This document shows positions 29,749 to 39,426 of a stretch of 64,000 bases of DNA, piece after piece (position 1 is the first letter of the stretch; each line of letters opens with the position of its first letter). Under the pieces are notes generated by a model that was not told where the DNA came from, did no database searches, and worked only from the letters and a program-made list of their open reading frames with translations. The position numbers and the translations under genes are program-made. The stretch is from a bacterium (GTDB lineage: Bacteria > Patescibacteriota > Andersenbacteria > UBA10190 > CAIZMI01): NCBI GenBank assembly GCA_030647555.1, contig JAUSJG010000008.1:129467-193466 (forward strand), read 5' to 3'.

Positions 29749-29800
29749 AAAACCGTCCAGCGAGGGACGGGTGGGAGTCTGGTGACTGTGGAGCAAGCGC

Positions 29801-30277
29801 TTATGCGGGTTTTTGGGTTAAGGATTCGGCCAGCGAAAGAAAAGAGTTGCTCCAGACAACAGGGAGAAGCAGGTCATCCGTTTGGACGATGGTGACACCG
29901 CTGGTCTTCAAGTCGCGATACAACTTTTCTTCTTGAGGATTGATGGCAGACACGTTGATAACAACGGCAAAAGGAACATGGTTTGCAATGCAATGCAGAA
30001 TCATTGCCAGTTGCATTCCGATATTTTTCAGTTGGGCGTCAATGATATACGCTCCAAATGAAATTTTTCCAGCGAGGATCTCATCCCACGCCTGGTACGA
30101 GTTGAGTCGTGTTACGCCCTCATTGCCAGTCAGTTCCTCAAAATTCTGTTTAGCGGTGACGGACACCGCTTCCTCATCAGTTACAAGACAGATACTTACC
30201 CTAAGTAACGCATGAATGGTATTTTCAATTGCCACTGGAACCTGTTGCCGTCGAAACAAAGGGTTGCGTATGTCCAT
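29801..30277 (-). CDS. hypothetical 158-aa protein (possible Rossmann/receiver-like fold)
   Basis: No diagnostic motif was seen. Confidence 0.3.
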   Translation of the reverse strand: MDIRNPLFRRQQVPVAIENTIHALLRVSICLVTDEEAVSVTAKQNFEELTGNEGVTRLNSYQAWDEILAGKISFGAYIIDAQLKNIGMQLAMILHCIANHVPFAVVINVSAINPQEEKLYRDLKTSGVTIVQTDDLLLPVVWSNSFLSLAESLTQKPA

Positions 30278-30368
30278 GTTTTATCTCCCATGTTGGATGT
30301 TTTGGAAACGATCAAACGCCACGGCATTATAATTTAATAATAGAAAAAGTCAATATTTTTTTGGTTAC

Positions 30369-30452
30369 AAGGTCGGACTGCCGAGCGGTCCGACCTTGAT
30401 TGGTGGTAATTAAACGTCCAATGCGGGTCGGACCGCTAAGCAGTCCGACCCG
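30369..30452. repeat. double-hairpin dispersed element (GTCGGAC...GTCCGAC x2), copy 2
   Basis: aaggtcggactgccgagcggtccgaccttgattggtgg...ccaatgcgggtcggaccgctaagcagtccgacccgg. Confidence 0.55.
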
Positions 30453-30490
30453 GCCTTTAAATAAACCGAGTTTCGGATTATATTGAAAAC

Positions 30491-31624
30491 GTGCATATCG
30501 CTCTAGACGGTTCAGACCTTTCAAGTACCAAATTCGACGGCACTACTGTTTATGTGCGAGAGCTTTTGCCGCGGTTGGCGCGTTTGTTGCATACGGCTGG
30601 TCACAAGGTGACAGTTTTTTCGCATTCGCCAATCGCACCCGAAGTTTTTGGTGATACAGCGGAAATTAATGTCACGCGCGGGCGGCGTTTTTGGACGCAG
30701 ACAGTGCTTTCGCGCGCGCTTTTTCGTGTAAAACCGGATTTACTTTTTTTGCCGATCCAAACAGTCCCATTGTACCGACCGTCAAACCTGAAAGTAGTTG
30801 CGACAATTCATGACCTGGATTTCTTGGCATATCCAAAAATGTACGAATGGAAAAATCGTCTTTTATTGCGCTGGTTTTCGCGTGTTGTTGTCAGAAATGC
30901 CACGAAGCTTATTGCTGTTTCGGAATATTCGCGAAAGGAAATTATGAAATTTTATGGACGCAGTCAGAACGATATTTCTGTTGTTTACCACGGATTCGAT
31001 CGAAAGAATTTTCGGCCACCGGTTTCAATGGAAGAAAAAGCGATGGCGCTAAATAATATTCAAAGAAAATATGCCATCCCCGGCAACACTGTTTTATTTG
31101 TGGGTGCGATGCAACCACGGAAAAATATTAACCGCTTAATAGACGCCTTCGAGCTGTATAAGGCGAGCGGTGACAAAGTAAATCTGGTTCTGGTTAGTGG
31201 CAATGGTTGGCGTGAAAAAGAAATTATGAAACGGATTCAAAATTCATCGATGTTAAAAGATATTCACGTGTTAAGAAAGGTGCCATATCGCGACTTAACG
31301 GCGTTGTATTGGAATGCCTCGGTTTCGGTGCTGGTGAGTATTGCCGAAGGTTTTGGTTTGCCGGTGCTGGAAGCAATGGCGTGCGGTGCGCCCGTGCTTA
31401 CGTCAAACACGACAGCTTTGGCTGAAATTGCGCATGGTGCCGCGCTGTTGGTTGAACCGAAAGATGGTAACGCAACCGCGAAGGGTTTGGAAAAAATCCT
31501 TACCGATTCACAAACAAAGAAGCGTCTTATTGAGGCTGGTTTTGATAGGGTGATTAGTTTTTCTTGGGACAAGTGTGCTCAAGAAACAGCGGTTGTTATT
31601 GAAAAAGCGCTCGAAATGGTATAG
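30491..31624 (+). CDS. glycosyltransferase family 4
   Basis: GTTVYVRELLPRLA ... EGFGLPVLEAMACGAPVLTSN are GT4 motifs. Confidence 0.7.
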   Translation: MHIALDGSDLSSTKFDGTTVYVRELLPRLARLLHTAGHKVTVFSHSPIAPEVFGDTAEINVTRGRRFWTQTVLSRALFRVKPDLLFLPIQTVPLYRPSNLKVVATIHDLDFLAYPKMYEWKNRLLLRWFSRVVVRNATKLIAVSEYSRKEIMKFYGRSQNDISVVYHGFDRKNFRPPVSMEEKAMALNNIQRKYAIPGNTVLFVGAMQPRKNINRLIDAFELYKASGDKVNLVLVSGNGWREKEIMKRIQNSSMLKDIHVLRKVPYRDLTALYWNASVSVLVSIAEGFGLPVLEAMACGAPVLTSNTTALAEIAHGAALLVEPKDGNATAKGLEKILTDSQTKKRLIEAGFDRVISFSWDKCAQETAVVIEKALEMV

Positions 31625-31636
31625 TGTGATTAACCA

Positions 31637-32518
31637 ATGAACGCATCAATAATTATCGTAAATTGGAATACCGGACCAATGTTGCGGGAATGTTTAGATT
31701 CGTTGCCTGGCGCGTTTTCAAATAATGAAGAATATGAAGTATTTGTCATTGATAACGCTTCAGTCGATCAAAGTGTCGCCATCGCCGAGGGGAGTCCGCA
31801 AAAAATTCAACTATTTAAAGTGAAAAAAAATCTGGGGTTTGCGAAAGCAAATAATATCGGAATTCGTCAATCAAAAGGGGATTACGTTATTCTTTTGAAT
31901 CCGGATACAGTGGCGACGGAAGGGTGTTTTACCAAATTGATCGCGTTTCTGCAAGAAAAACCTAAAGTAGCGGCGGTTGGTCCAAGACTACTTAATGCAG
32001 ACTTGTCTTGGCAACCTTCGTGTCGGAGTTTTCCGAGTGTTGGGGTGCTTGCGGCAATGTTTTTGAAACTTCCTCATTTTTTTCCAAATATGGTTGGTTA
32101 TCGAAAATATCTGATGAAAGATTTTACATACGAATCGGAGACAGTAGTTGATCAAATTATGGGAGCATGTATGGTTATTCCTCGAGATATGCTGGATCGG
32201 ATTGGTTTGTTGGATGAAAAATATTGGATTTGGTTTGAAGAAGTTGATTGGTGCCGGCGCGCCAAAGAGTTGGGATTAGAGATATGGTTTGCACCTGTTT
32301 CGGAAATCGTTCATTATGGCGGGGTATCATTTAAACAGGCATTCGTCCCGGTTCGGAAAGAATGGCGGTTTATGCGCTCGGCCTTGCGTTATGTACGAAA
32401 GCATATTGGAATCAGGCATTGGCTATTACTTTGCTTGATTGCTCCGTTGGGTTTGATTATTGACTCACTAACAATGATTGTATGGCTCAAGCCGTCGGCA
32501 AAAAATTCAACAAAGTAG
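31637..32518 (+). CDS. glycosyltransferase family 2
   Basis: ASIIIVNWNTGPMLRECLDSL ... VIDNASVDQS ... ILLNPD are GT2 motifs. Confidence 0.7.
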   Translation: MNASIIIVNWNTGPMLRECLDSLPGAFSNNEEYEVFVIDNASVDQSVAIAEGSPQKIQLFKVKKNLGFAKANNIGIRQSKGDYVILLNPDTVATEGCFTKLIAFLQEKPKVAAVGPRLLNADLSWQPSCRSFPSVGVLAAMFLKLPHFFPNMVGYRKYLMKDFTYESETVVDQIMGACMVIPRDMLDRIGLLDEKYWIWFEEVDWCRRAKELGLEIWFAPVSEIVHYGGVSFKQAFVPVRKEWRFMRSALRYVRKHIGIRHWLLLCLIAPLGLIIDSLTMIVWLKPSAKNSTK

Positions 32519-33915
32519 GCGGACTGATAGAAATAGTTCTCATTGGTGTCGGTGCGCTGGCGCTCTTTTCGGCATTATTTTTTAGTGCGCAGGCGGGAAT
32601 ATTTATTTTGGGTGGTGCTTGGGCGGTGGCTTTATCTTGGAAATATCCTAAACAGGCATTTTGGATATTGTTGTTTTTTGTACCGCTTTTGCCGTTATTG
32701 AAAATAACGCAAACTTTGAGCGCGGTAACACCACTGAAAGATTTTATCATCGCTGCGTTATTTGTTCGGGTTGTCATTTATCCGATTTATCTTAAGCGGG
32801 ACCCGTATCGTCGTAATAATGTGCTATTGCCAATAATTTTTCTTGTTTGTTATGCGGTGCTGGCCGTATTGCGCGCGGATAGTCACGTGCTTGGTATACT
32901 TCGTTTAAGAGATATATTACTTTATATTCCAATGCTTTGGATTGGTCGCGCAATGATTGTGACGCGGAAGGATTTTACTGATTTTCTGAAAATTATTTTC
33001 GGTAGTGTGGGGCTGGTTTTGGTTCTTGCGTTGGCGCAATTTATATTTTTTACAGATGGAATGGTGTTGCGGTTTGATCCTTCGGACAGTTCCTGGATTA
33101 CCAGAGCATCAAGTGTTTTGGCACACCCAAATATTTTAGGCAGTTATTTGTTGTGTTTCCTGCCACTTACATTTTCTTTTTCGTTATTTAAATTTAAACC
33201 TGGCTGGAAATCAAAGATTGTGCTTTTGTTAAGTATTTTTGGCTTGATTACGGTTTACGCCACATATTCGCGTGGCGTTTGGATCGCCTTTATTGTCGGG
33301 GCTTTGTCTGCGGGCGTTTTGGTTGTATATCAAAAACGACAGTTATTTTATAAAGTTGTGTTGCCGATAATTTTAGTCGTTCTAATTTTGTTTCTTGCGA
33401 TTCCCCGTACGCGCAATCTCTTACGGACAGTTGTGGATCCAACATACGCCAGCAATCAGGCTCGAATTGGAATTATGGCATCATTGGTTTCAGAAATGTC
33501 TAATGTAGACGCGCTTTTGGGGCGTGGTTTAGGTGATATTTTTGAAAGTACAGATCGAAACATCAATATCTCAATTTCCGATATTGTTGCTAATAATGTG
33601 CAGAGTGTACAAACAGCAAAGGCACAGACTTTTGTGGATGATGCCGTGTTCAAGACCTGGATTGAAACAGGACTGTTTGGTCTTTTGATTGTCGGTTGGT
33701 TGGTTTGGAACATTGTCACAAATTCCTGGCGGTTAAATGTTGGGGGAAAATCGGTGGAAGAAAAATATTTTGGCATAGCGTTGTTTGCGACAACTGTTGG
33801 TTTGTTTGTATTGTCATTTTTTCTAGATATTCCGGAAACTTTTCCGGTGGCATTGTATTGGTGGACGTTGGTGGGAGTGGGGCAGGCGGTGCCGTGCTTA
33901 AAGAATGATGAATAA
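32482..33915 (+). CDS. O-antigen ligase / Wzy-like polymerase family membrane protein
   Basis: A polytopic ORF with ...VYATYSRGVWIAFIVGAL... in a periplasmic loop, typical of the O-antigen-ligase family. The 5' 37 nt overlap the previous gene, so the true start is uncertain. Confidence 0.5.
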   Translation: MAQAVGKKFNKVGGLIEIVLIGVGALALFSALFFSAQAGIFILGGAWAVALSWKYPKQAFWILLFFVPLLPLLKITQTLSAVTPLKDFIIAALFVRVVIYPIYLKRDPYRRNNVLLPIIFLVCYAVLAVLRADSHVLGILRLRDILLYIPMLWIGRAMIVTRKDFTDFLKIIFGSVGLVLVLALAQFIFFTDGMVLRFDPSDSSWITRASSVLAHPNILGSYLLCFLPLTFSFSLFKFKPGWKSKIVLLLSIFGLITVYATYSRGVWIAFIVGALSAGVLVVYQKRQLFYKVVLPIILVVLILFLAIPRTRNLLRTVVDPTYASNQARIGIMASLVSEMSNVDALLGRGLGDIFESTDRNINISISDIVANNVQSVQTAKAQTFVDDAVFKTWIETGLFGLLIVGWLVWNIVTNSWRLNVGGKSVEEKYFGIALFATTVGLFVLSFFLDIPETFPVALYWWTLVGVGQAVPCLKNDE

Positions 33916-33935
33916 TGATTATTGAATGATGAATA
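33896..33935. repeat. AATGATGA-family AT-rich repeat (gaatgatgaataatgattattgaatgatgaatactcg) at a gene end
   Basis: It overlaps the stop codon of the ligase-like gene (…LKNDE*). Confidence 0.35.
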
Positions 33936-34022
33936 CTCGCGGTGTTGCGACAAAAAGTCTCAATGGCGCTTGAAGGAGAATACGTGTCGTTGCCAGAAGT
34001 AGTTTGTCAATAACCGTTATTT

Positions 34023-35018
34023 GTGGCTAAATATAGAACAGAACATCAAATGAAAGCCCATATCCAAATTGTTGGTTGGAATCATTACCATTACATCGGT
34101 ACGTGTATTTTGTCGTGTCAAAAACAGACCGTTTCGGTACCGATTATTTATATTGATAATGATTCAAAAGACGAGTCGGTGGCATATATTAGAAAGAATT
34201 ATCCGGATGTTGTGATTGTTGAAAACAAGGAAAATCGTGGGTATGCCGGTGGTCACAATGATGGTTTTAAAGTAATTAGCGACTCGGAAGTGGTTATCTG
34301 TCTTAATCCGGACGTTGTTCTGGAAAAAGATTTTGTCGAAAAAATATTGCAAAAATTTGAATCAGAAGGAAAAGTGGGTGCGGTGGTTCCGCTCTTGTTC
34401 CGCGGAAAATCGCGGGACAAGGAAGGCAAGATGCGAATTGTTGTTGATTCCTACGGGACAAGGTTACGAAAAAATTTGAATGTGGAAAATATTTTGGAAG
34501 GAGAGTTTTGGGAGGAAACTACTGCTAATCAGGGTCCGACCCTGTCTGCAGGGACGGACCCTGGCGCAACTAATTCGTTGCCACAACCTTGGGGTTTTAC
34601 GGGTGCGGCGGTGGCTTTTTCCAGAAATGCGATTAACGACCTGAAAGACGAAAAAGGAAATTTTTTTGATGAGGATTTGCATTCCTACCGCGAGGATGTG
34701 GATATATCATGGCGTTTGAATCGAAAGGGCTGGAAAATTGTGGGTGCGTCGGATGTGCGGGCTTGGCACGCGCGCGTGGCGCGCAAAGGCGAAATGAAAT
34801 CGGCAAATATTGTTCGCCTGTCGTGGCGGAACTATTTTCTGGTTGTTATTAAAAATGTCTCCACAGAAATGATTAAAAAGAACTGGTTTCCGTTCGGCGT
34901 GCAGATATTGGCGCGTATTGGTCAGTTTGTGGTTACGCCACAACTCTGGGGCGGTTTGGTGACGTTTTTAGGGCTTATTCCTTTATTTCTCAAGAAGCGC
35001 AAACGGGCGTTAATATAG
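34023..35018 (+). CDS. glycosyltransferase family 2 (carrying an in-frame repeat insertion)
   Basis: IIYIDNDSKDES ... ICLNPD, plus a C-terminal amphipathic/TM segment. Confidence 0.6.
   Translation: MAKYRTEHQMKAHIQIVGWNHYHYIGTCILSCQKQTVSVPIIYIDNDSKDESVAYIRKNYPDVVIVENKENRGYAGGHNDGFKVISDSEVVICLNPDVVLEKDFVEKILQKFESEGKVGAVVPLLFRGKSRDKEGKMRIVVDSYGTRLRKNLNVENILEGEFWEETTANQGPTLSAGTDPGATNSLPQPWGFTGAAVAFSRNAINDLKDEKGNFFDEDLHSYREDVDISWRLNRKGWKIVGASDVRAWHARVARKGEMKSANIVRLSWRNYFLVVIKNVSTEMIKKNWFPFGVQILARIGQFVVTPQLWGGLVTFLGLIPLFLKKRKRALI
34531..34564. repeat. intragenic inverted-repeat copy of the GTCCGAC element (cagggtccgaccctg tctg cagggacggaccctgg), in frame within the GT2 CDS
   Basis: It encodes ...NQGPTLSAGTDPGA... 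The 16-mer ggtccgaccctgtctg is shared with the intergenic copy at 6975. Confidence 0.5.
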
Positions 35019-35031
35019 GAGTTACACTCAA

Positions 35032-35835
35032 ATGCCTAAATTTTCCATTGTTATTGTGAATTTTTATTCCGGCCTTCTTACAAAGGCTTGTATTCAATCG
35101 GTACGAAAGACGTATGCCGGTTCTGATTATGAAGTAATGGTGGTGGATAATGATTCTAAAGATGATAGTCGCGAGATCCTTACTTCGGAGATTGATAATA
35201 TAAAGGTGAAATTTACCGGAAAAAATCTTGGTTATGCCAAGGCGGTAAATATCGCGCTACGGGAAACGACCGGCGAATATATTATCTTGCTTAATCCGGA
35301 TATTATTGCGTTAAAAGGAGGTATCGCTGAATTGATCAAATTTATGGATGAAAATCCTAAGGTGGGAATTGCTTCCGGTCAATTAATAAATCCCAACGGG
35401 AGTGTTCAAGACTCCAGTTTTCGTTTTTATAAACCGATGACGATTTTGTATAGACGTACATTTTTCCGTTATTTGCCTCTTGCCAAGCGTCATTTGGATA
35501 AGATATTTATGCGCGATGTGGATTTTACAAAGAATCAGAAAGTCGATTGGGTTCTGGGGGCTTGCATGTGCATTAGACGATCGGCTGTAGAAAAAGTTGG
35601 TCCGATGGACGAACGCTTTTTTCTCTATTTTGAGGATATGGATTGGTGCCGTCGATTTTGGGAGCAGGGCTTCGAGGTATGGTATGTACCACAAGCCCGA
35701 TTCGCACATTATCACAAAAGAGAGTCGGCACAAGAACAGGGGGCATTTGCTTTTCTTAATCCCGTGGCGCGGATTCATATCGCATCGGGAATAAAATATT
35801 TTCTAAAATACCGGAAAAAAAATGGAGCTTCATAA
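35032..35835 (+). CDS. glycosyltransferase family 2
   Basis: FSIVIVNFYSG ... MVVDNDSKDDS ... ILLNPD ... DMDWCRR are GT2 motifs. Confidence 0.7.
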   Translation: MPKFSIVIVNFYSGLLTKACIQSVRKTYAGSDYEVMVVDNDSKDDSREILTSEIDNIKVKFTGKNLGYAKAVNIALRETTGEYIILLNPDIIALKGGIAELIKFMDENPKVGIASGQLINPNGSVQDSSFRFYKPMTILYRRTFFRYLPLAKRHLDKIFMRDVDFTKNQKVDWVLGACMCIRRSAVEKVGPMDERFFLYFEDMDWCRRFWEQGFEVWYVPQARFAHYHKRESAQEQGAFAFLNPVARIHIASGIKYFLKYRKKNGAS

Positions 35836-36541
35836 AATCGCCGTTCAGGGTTTTGAAGGTCCGCTTAATCTTCTTTTGGCGTTAATAGAAGAAGAAAAGC
35901 TTGATATTAATCGTGTCTCGTTAGCCCAGGTTACAAACCAGTATTTGGAAATTTTGCGAGGGTTAACCAACCAATCTCCGGAAGCAATCGCGGATTTTTT
36001 GGTCGTCGCGGCGCGGTTGATTTTGATTAAATCGCAACGATTAATGCCACAGTTTGAAATAACTCCCGAGGAAGAAAAAAACATTATTTCGCTGGAAGAG
36101 CAATTGCGAATTTATCAGCAGTACAGAGAACGGGCAAAATTATTACAGCAACTTTGGTTAAATAAAAATTCATTATTTGCTCGGGAAAGCTATTTGGGGA
36201 TAATGGTTTCGTTTTATCCACCACCCAATTTTACGGTTTTAAATTTGCAAGAATTGTTGCAAAACGTCGTAAGGACACTACCTGTTACGGAAAAAACAAA
36301 AGATGAAGCTCTCGCTAGGGTAATTTCCTTAGAACAAAGAATTGATGAAATCAAAGATAGAATTAAGAATGTGGCAGTAACATCATTTAGAGAGGCGGTA
36401 AGTGGTGCAAAAAAAGCGGACGTAGTCGTTTCTTTTTTAGCGCTACTGGAATTGGTGAAGCAACAAATTGTTTCGGTTGAGCAACAAGACTCATTTCACG
36501 ATATACTTATTCATAACAATAATATTCAAAACAATGCCTGA
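35822..36541 (+). CDS. scpA: segregation and condensation protein A
   Basis: FEGPLNLLLALIEEEKLDINRVSLAQVTNQYLEIL is the ScpA N-terminal signature. The gene overlaps the scpB start. Confidence 0.75.
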   Translation: MELHKIAVQGFEGPLNLLLALIEEEKLDINRVSLAQVTNQYLEILRGLTNQSPEAIADFLVVAARLILIKSQRLMPQFEITPEEEKNIISLEEQLRIYQQYRERAKLLQQLWLNKNSLFARESYLGIMVSFYPPPNFTVLNLQELLQNVVRTLPVTEKTKDEALARVISLEQRIDEIKDRIKNVAVTSFREAVSGAKKADVVVSFLALLELVKQQIVSVEQQDSFHDILIHNNNIQNNA

Positions 36542-37133
36542 CGAAATTACACCGGAAGAAGTTGCATCGGCCATTGAGGCATTATTGTTTATTTCGGGCG
36601 AACCGTTGGATGTAAAAACTATTACTTCTTTGTTGGAGTGTGATGAAGAACGTACCAATCTGGGGCTGGACGCGCTTACGGCAAGGATTTCTGTTGCCGG
36701 TGGTCTTAAATTATTGCGCGCGCCGGAAGGTGTTCAGCTGGTTACGAGCGATAAACAAACTCAATTGGTTGATCGTTTCCTCAAGCGCGGGACGCGGGAT
36801 CAACTCTCTCCGGCCGCGTCGGAAACGCTGGCAATTGTCGCTTATCGTGGTCCGATTCATCGCGCTGGCGTAGAGGCCATTAGGGGTGTTAATTGTTCTT
36901 TTACCTTGCGTTTGCTGGCCATGCGTGGTCTCGTAGATCGTTTTTCCAGTGAAAAGGATAGTCGTATCTTTTTGTATCGTGTAAACGCGGAATTTTTACG
37001 TCATCTGGGCTTAGTAAAAATCGAGGATCTTCCCGATTATCAAAATTTCAGGCAACATGAGGGAATGACTAATTTGGAAAAAATGGCCGATATTGCCGTC
37101 AATAAACCACCGGTTGAAGAAGAAACAAAATGA
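36534..37133 (+). CDS. scpB: segregation and condensation protein B
   Basis: EVASAIEALLFISGEPLDVKTI ... AASETLAIVAYRGPIHRAGVEAIRGVN is the ScpB winged-helix tandem. The start was trimmed to MPDEITPEE. Confidence 0.7.
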   Translation: MPDEITPEEVASAIEALLFISGEPLDVKTITSLLECDEERTNLGLDALTARISVAGGLKLLRAPEGVQLVTSDKQTQLVDRFLKRGTRDQLSPAASETLAIVAYRGPIHRAGVEAIRGVNCSFTLRLLAMRGLVDRFSSEKDSRIFLYRVNAEFLRHLGLVKIEDLPDYQNFRQHEGMTNLEKMADIAVNKPPVEEETK

Positions 37134-38056
37134 TCGCTCAAATTTTGGCATTATTTATGGGGTCTTTATTGAGTATCCCCGCACCACAGACCCTTAATGG
37201 TCCAGGGCAATTACTTACGGCAGTTTTTCCCGAGGGGCGAGTCCTTTCCGCGCAAACGGAAATTCGTGAAGGTTCTCCTGTTAGAAAGAATGATTCCGTC
37301 GATGTGAACGTAACCGCCGATTCGTATGTGGTTGTTGATGTCGGTTCCGGTTCCGTAATATCGGCGCGAAATCCTTCCGCGGTGCATCCCGTGGCCAGTC
37401 TTACAAAATTATTGACAGCCTTGACTGTAATGCAGAACGCCGACTTAAAAGATGAAGTGATTGTTGGATTAAATGCTGTGAAAGCGGGAAAAAGTGGGTC
37501 GGATATGAAATTGAAAGTTGGTGAAAAAATTAAACTCCAAGATTTGTTGGCAGGATTGTTAATAAATTCCGCGAATGACTCCGCCGTTGCGCTGGCGGAA
37601 CACGTTTCGGGTACGGAACCAAAGTTTGCCGAAACAATGAATAAAGTGGCGCAGAATTATGCTCTATCTCGTACGCATGTTATGAATGCGACCGGTTTCG
37701 ACAATAAACAACATTTTTCATCATCATATGATATGGGCTTACTGCTTCTTTACGCGTGGCGTGATCCTGTGTTGGGGGTGTATCTACGTTCATCCGCACT
37801 TACCGTAAGTTCAATTGACGGAAACATTCAGCATAAACTCAAGACAACAAATCGCTTGCTTGGCGAAAGAACGGATATTTTGGCGGGAAAAACCGGCTTC
37901 ACCGATGCTGCGGGGCAAAGTTTGGCGATTGTGGCGGAAAATGAGACGGGACACCCCGTAATAGTTGTGCTTTTGGGGAGCGAGGACCGTTTCGGCGAAG
38001 CGGATAAGTTGCTGGATTGGACGTTCCGCACTTTTAGTTGGCCGGAAAATAAATAA
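37130..38056 (+). CDS. D-alanyl-D-alanine carboxypeptidase (serine-type, PBP5/6-like)
   Basis: ASLTK (SxxK), SANDSAV (SxN) and KTGFTD (KTG) are all present. Confidence 0.75.
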   Translation: MIAQILALFMGSLLSIPAPQTLNGPGQLLTAVFPEGRVLSAQTEIREGSPVRKNDSVDVNVTADSYVVVDVGSGSVISARNPSAVHPVASLTKLLTALTVMQNADLKDEVIVGLNAVKAGKSGSDMKLKVGEKIKLQDLLAGLLINSANDSAVALAEHVSGTEPKFAETMNKVAQNYALSRTHVMNATGFDNKQHFSSSYDMGLLLLYAWRDPVLGVYLRSSALTVSSIDGNIQHKLKTTNRLLGERTDILAGKTGFTDAAGQSLAIVAENETGHPVIVVLLGSEDRFGEADKLLDWTFRTFSWPENK

Positions 38057-38075
38057 CTTGTAATATATTAACAAT

Positions 38076-39152
38076 ATGATTCGTTTTTCCGACCCGTTGT
38101 TAGTTGCCCACACCGCCAAAATTTTGATTTTAACAATTGTTTCATTTGCGGTGGCAATTTTATCGACGCCACTCATGACGCACTTTCTTTTTAAGTACAA
38201 GTTTGCCAAGTCGATTCGTGAAGGTTCAACGCCAATTTATACCGCTCTGCACAAAAAAAAAGAGGGAACACCAACGAGTGGAGGAATAATAATTTGGGGT
38301 ACGGTGTTGGTGCTCGCTATTGGCTTGTCAATTTTAGGATCGATTTTTCCTGAAAGTATTTTTTCGTGGCTATCATTTTTGACACGTCGTGAAACACTTT
38401 TGCCGTTGGGCGCGTTAGTGGCGTGTGCTTTGGTGGGATTGGTTGATGATTACTGGAATGTCCGAAAAATCGGTCCATTTGGTGGGGGGTTAAGGATGAT
38501 GCACCGGATTATTGTTTATACGGTAATCGCGATAATTGGTGCCTGGTGGTTTTATTATAAACTGGGTTGGAACCAAATTCATGTTCCGGCGATTGGTGAT
38601 TTTATAATCGGTTTTTGGTACGTTCCGCTATTTATCTTTGTCATCGTGGCGACCGCCTTTTCGGTTAATGAGGCGGACGGCTTAGACGGTCTTGCGGGCG
38701 GAATAATGCTTTTCTGTTTCGGGGCTTTTGGAATAATCGCATTTTCGAAGGGAATGGTAGATTTGGCGGTTTTTTGTGGTGTGATTATCGGTGCGTTGCT
38801 GGCTTTTCTCTGGTTCAATGTATATCCGGCGCGCTTTATTATGGGGGATACCGGCGCGATGAGTTTGGGAACAACATTGGGAGTGATCGCGATGCTCACC
38901 GATTCGGTTTTAGTTTTACCAATTATCGGTCTGCCGTTGGTGATTGAGTCACTTTCCGTTATTATTCAAATTACCAGTAAAAAAATTCGACACAAGAAAG
39001 TTTTTCTTTCCGCGCCGATTCATCATCATTTTGAAGCACTCGGCTGGCCGGAAACAAAAGTGACAATGCGTTTTTGGATTATCGCCGCCATGTCCGCCAC
39101 CGTAGGAATTATTATCGGGATTATTGGTGGCGGGAAACAGTCGATATTGTAG
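38076..39152 (+). CDS. mraY: phospho-N-acetylmuramoyl-pentapeptide transferase
   Basis: The motifs VDDYWN, NEADGLDGLAGG, GDTGAMSLG and HHHFE are present, with 10 TM helices. Confidence 0.85.
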   Translation: MIRFSDPLLVAHTAKILILTIVSFAVAILSTPLMTHFLFKYKFAKSIREGSTPIYTALHKKKEGTPTSGGIIIWGTVLVLAIGLSILGSIFPESIFSWLSFLTRRETLLPLGALVACALVGLVDDYWNVRKIGPFGGGLRMMHRIIVYTVIAIIGAWWFYYKLGWNQIHVPAIGDFIIGFWYVPLFIFVIVATAFSVNEADGLDGLAGGIMLFCFGAFGIIAFSKGMVDLAVFCGVIIGALLAFLWFNVYPARFIMGDTGAMSLGTTLGVIAMLTDSVLVLPIIGLPLVIESLSVIIQITSKKIRHKKVFLSAPIHHHFEALGWPETKVTMRFWIIAAMSATVGIIIGIIGGGKQSIL

Positions 39153-39225
39153 GAGCACGAGAAGTAAAATTGTCGATTGAACTGGGTGTGAGCGTGTTTC
39201 CTGGTATTATTTATCAACTCCCCAA

Positions 39226-39330
39226 ATTTTCAATTTTCAATTTTCAATTTTCAAAAAATTATCAATTACATAATTATCAATTACATAATTATCAATTACA
39301 TAATTATCAATAACATAATTATCAATAACG
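39226..39330. repeat. AT-rich tandem repeats: (TTTTCAA)x4 then (ATTACATAATTATCA)x3 plus (ATAACATAATTATCA)x2
   Basis: Read directly. An inverted TTGATAATT / AATTATCAA partner lies at 39338-39385. Confidence 0.6.
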
Positions 39331-39426
39331 ACGTCATTTGATAATTTATGATTTGAAAATTAATTGAAAATTGGTCATTGATAATTGAAATTTATTGTAT
39401 TCGGTGATTCAGTTCTATGTGCTATT

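Noticed and set aside
39226-39330. Possible CRISPR array (tandem 15-mers)
   Set aside because: The repeats are contiguous with no unique spacers. They are AT-rich 7- and 15-mers and far shorter than CRISPR repeats. No cas genes are nearby.
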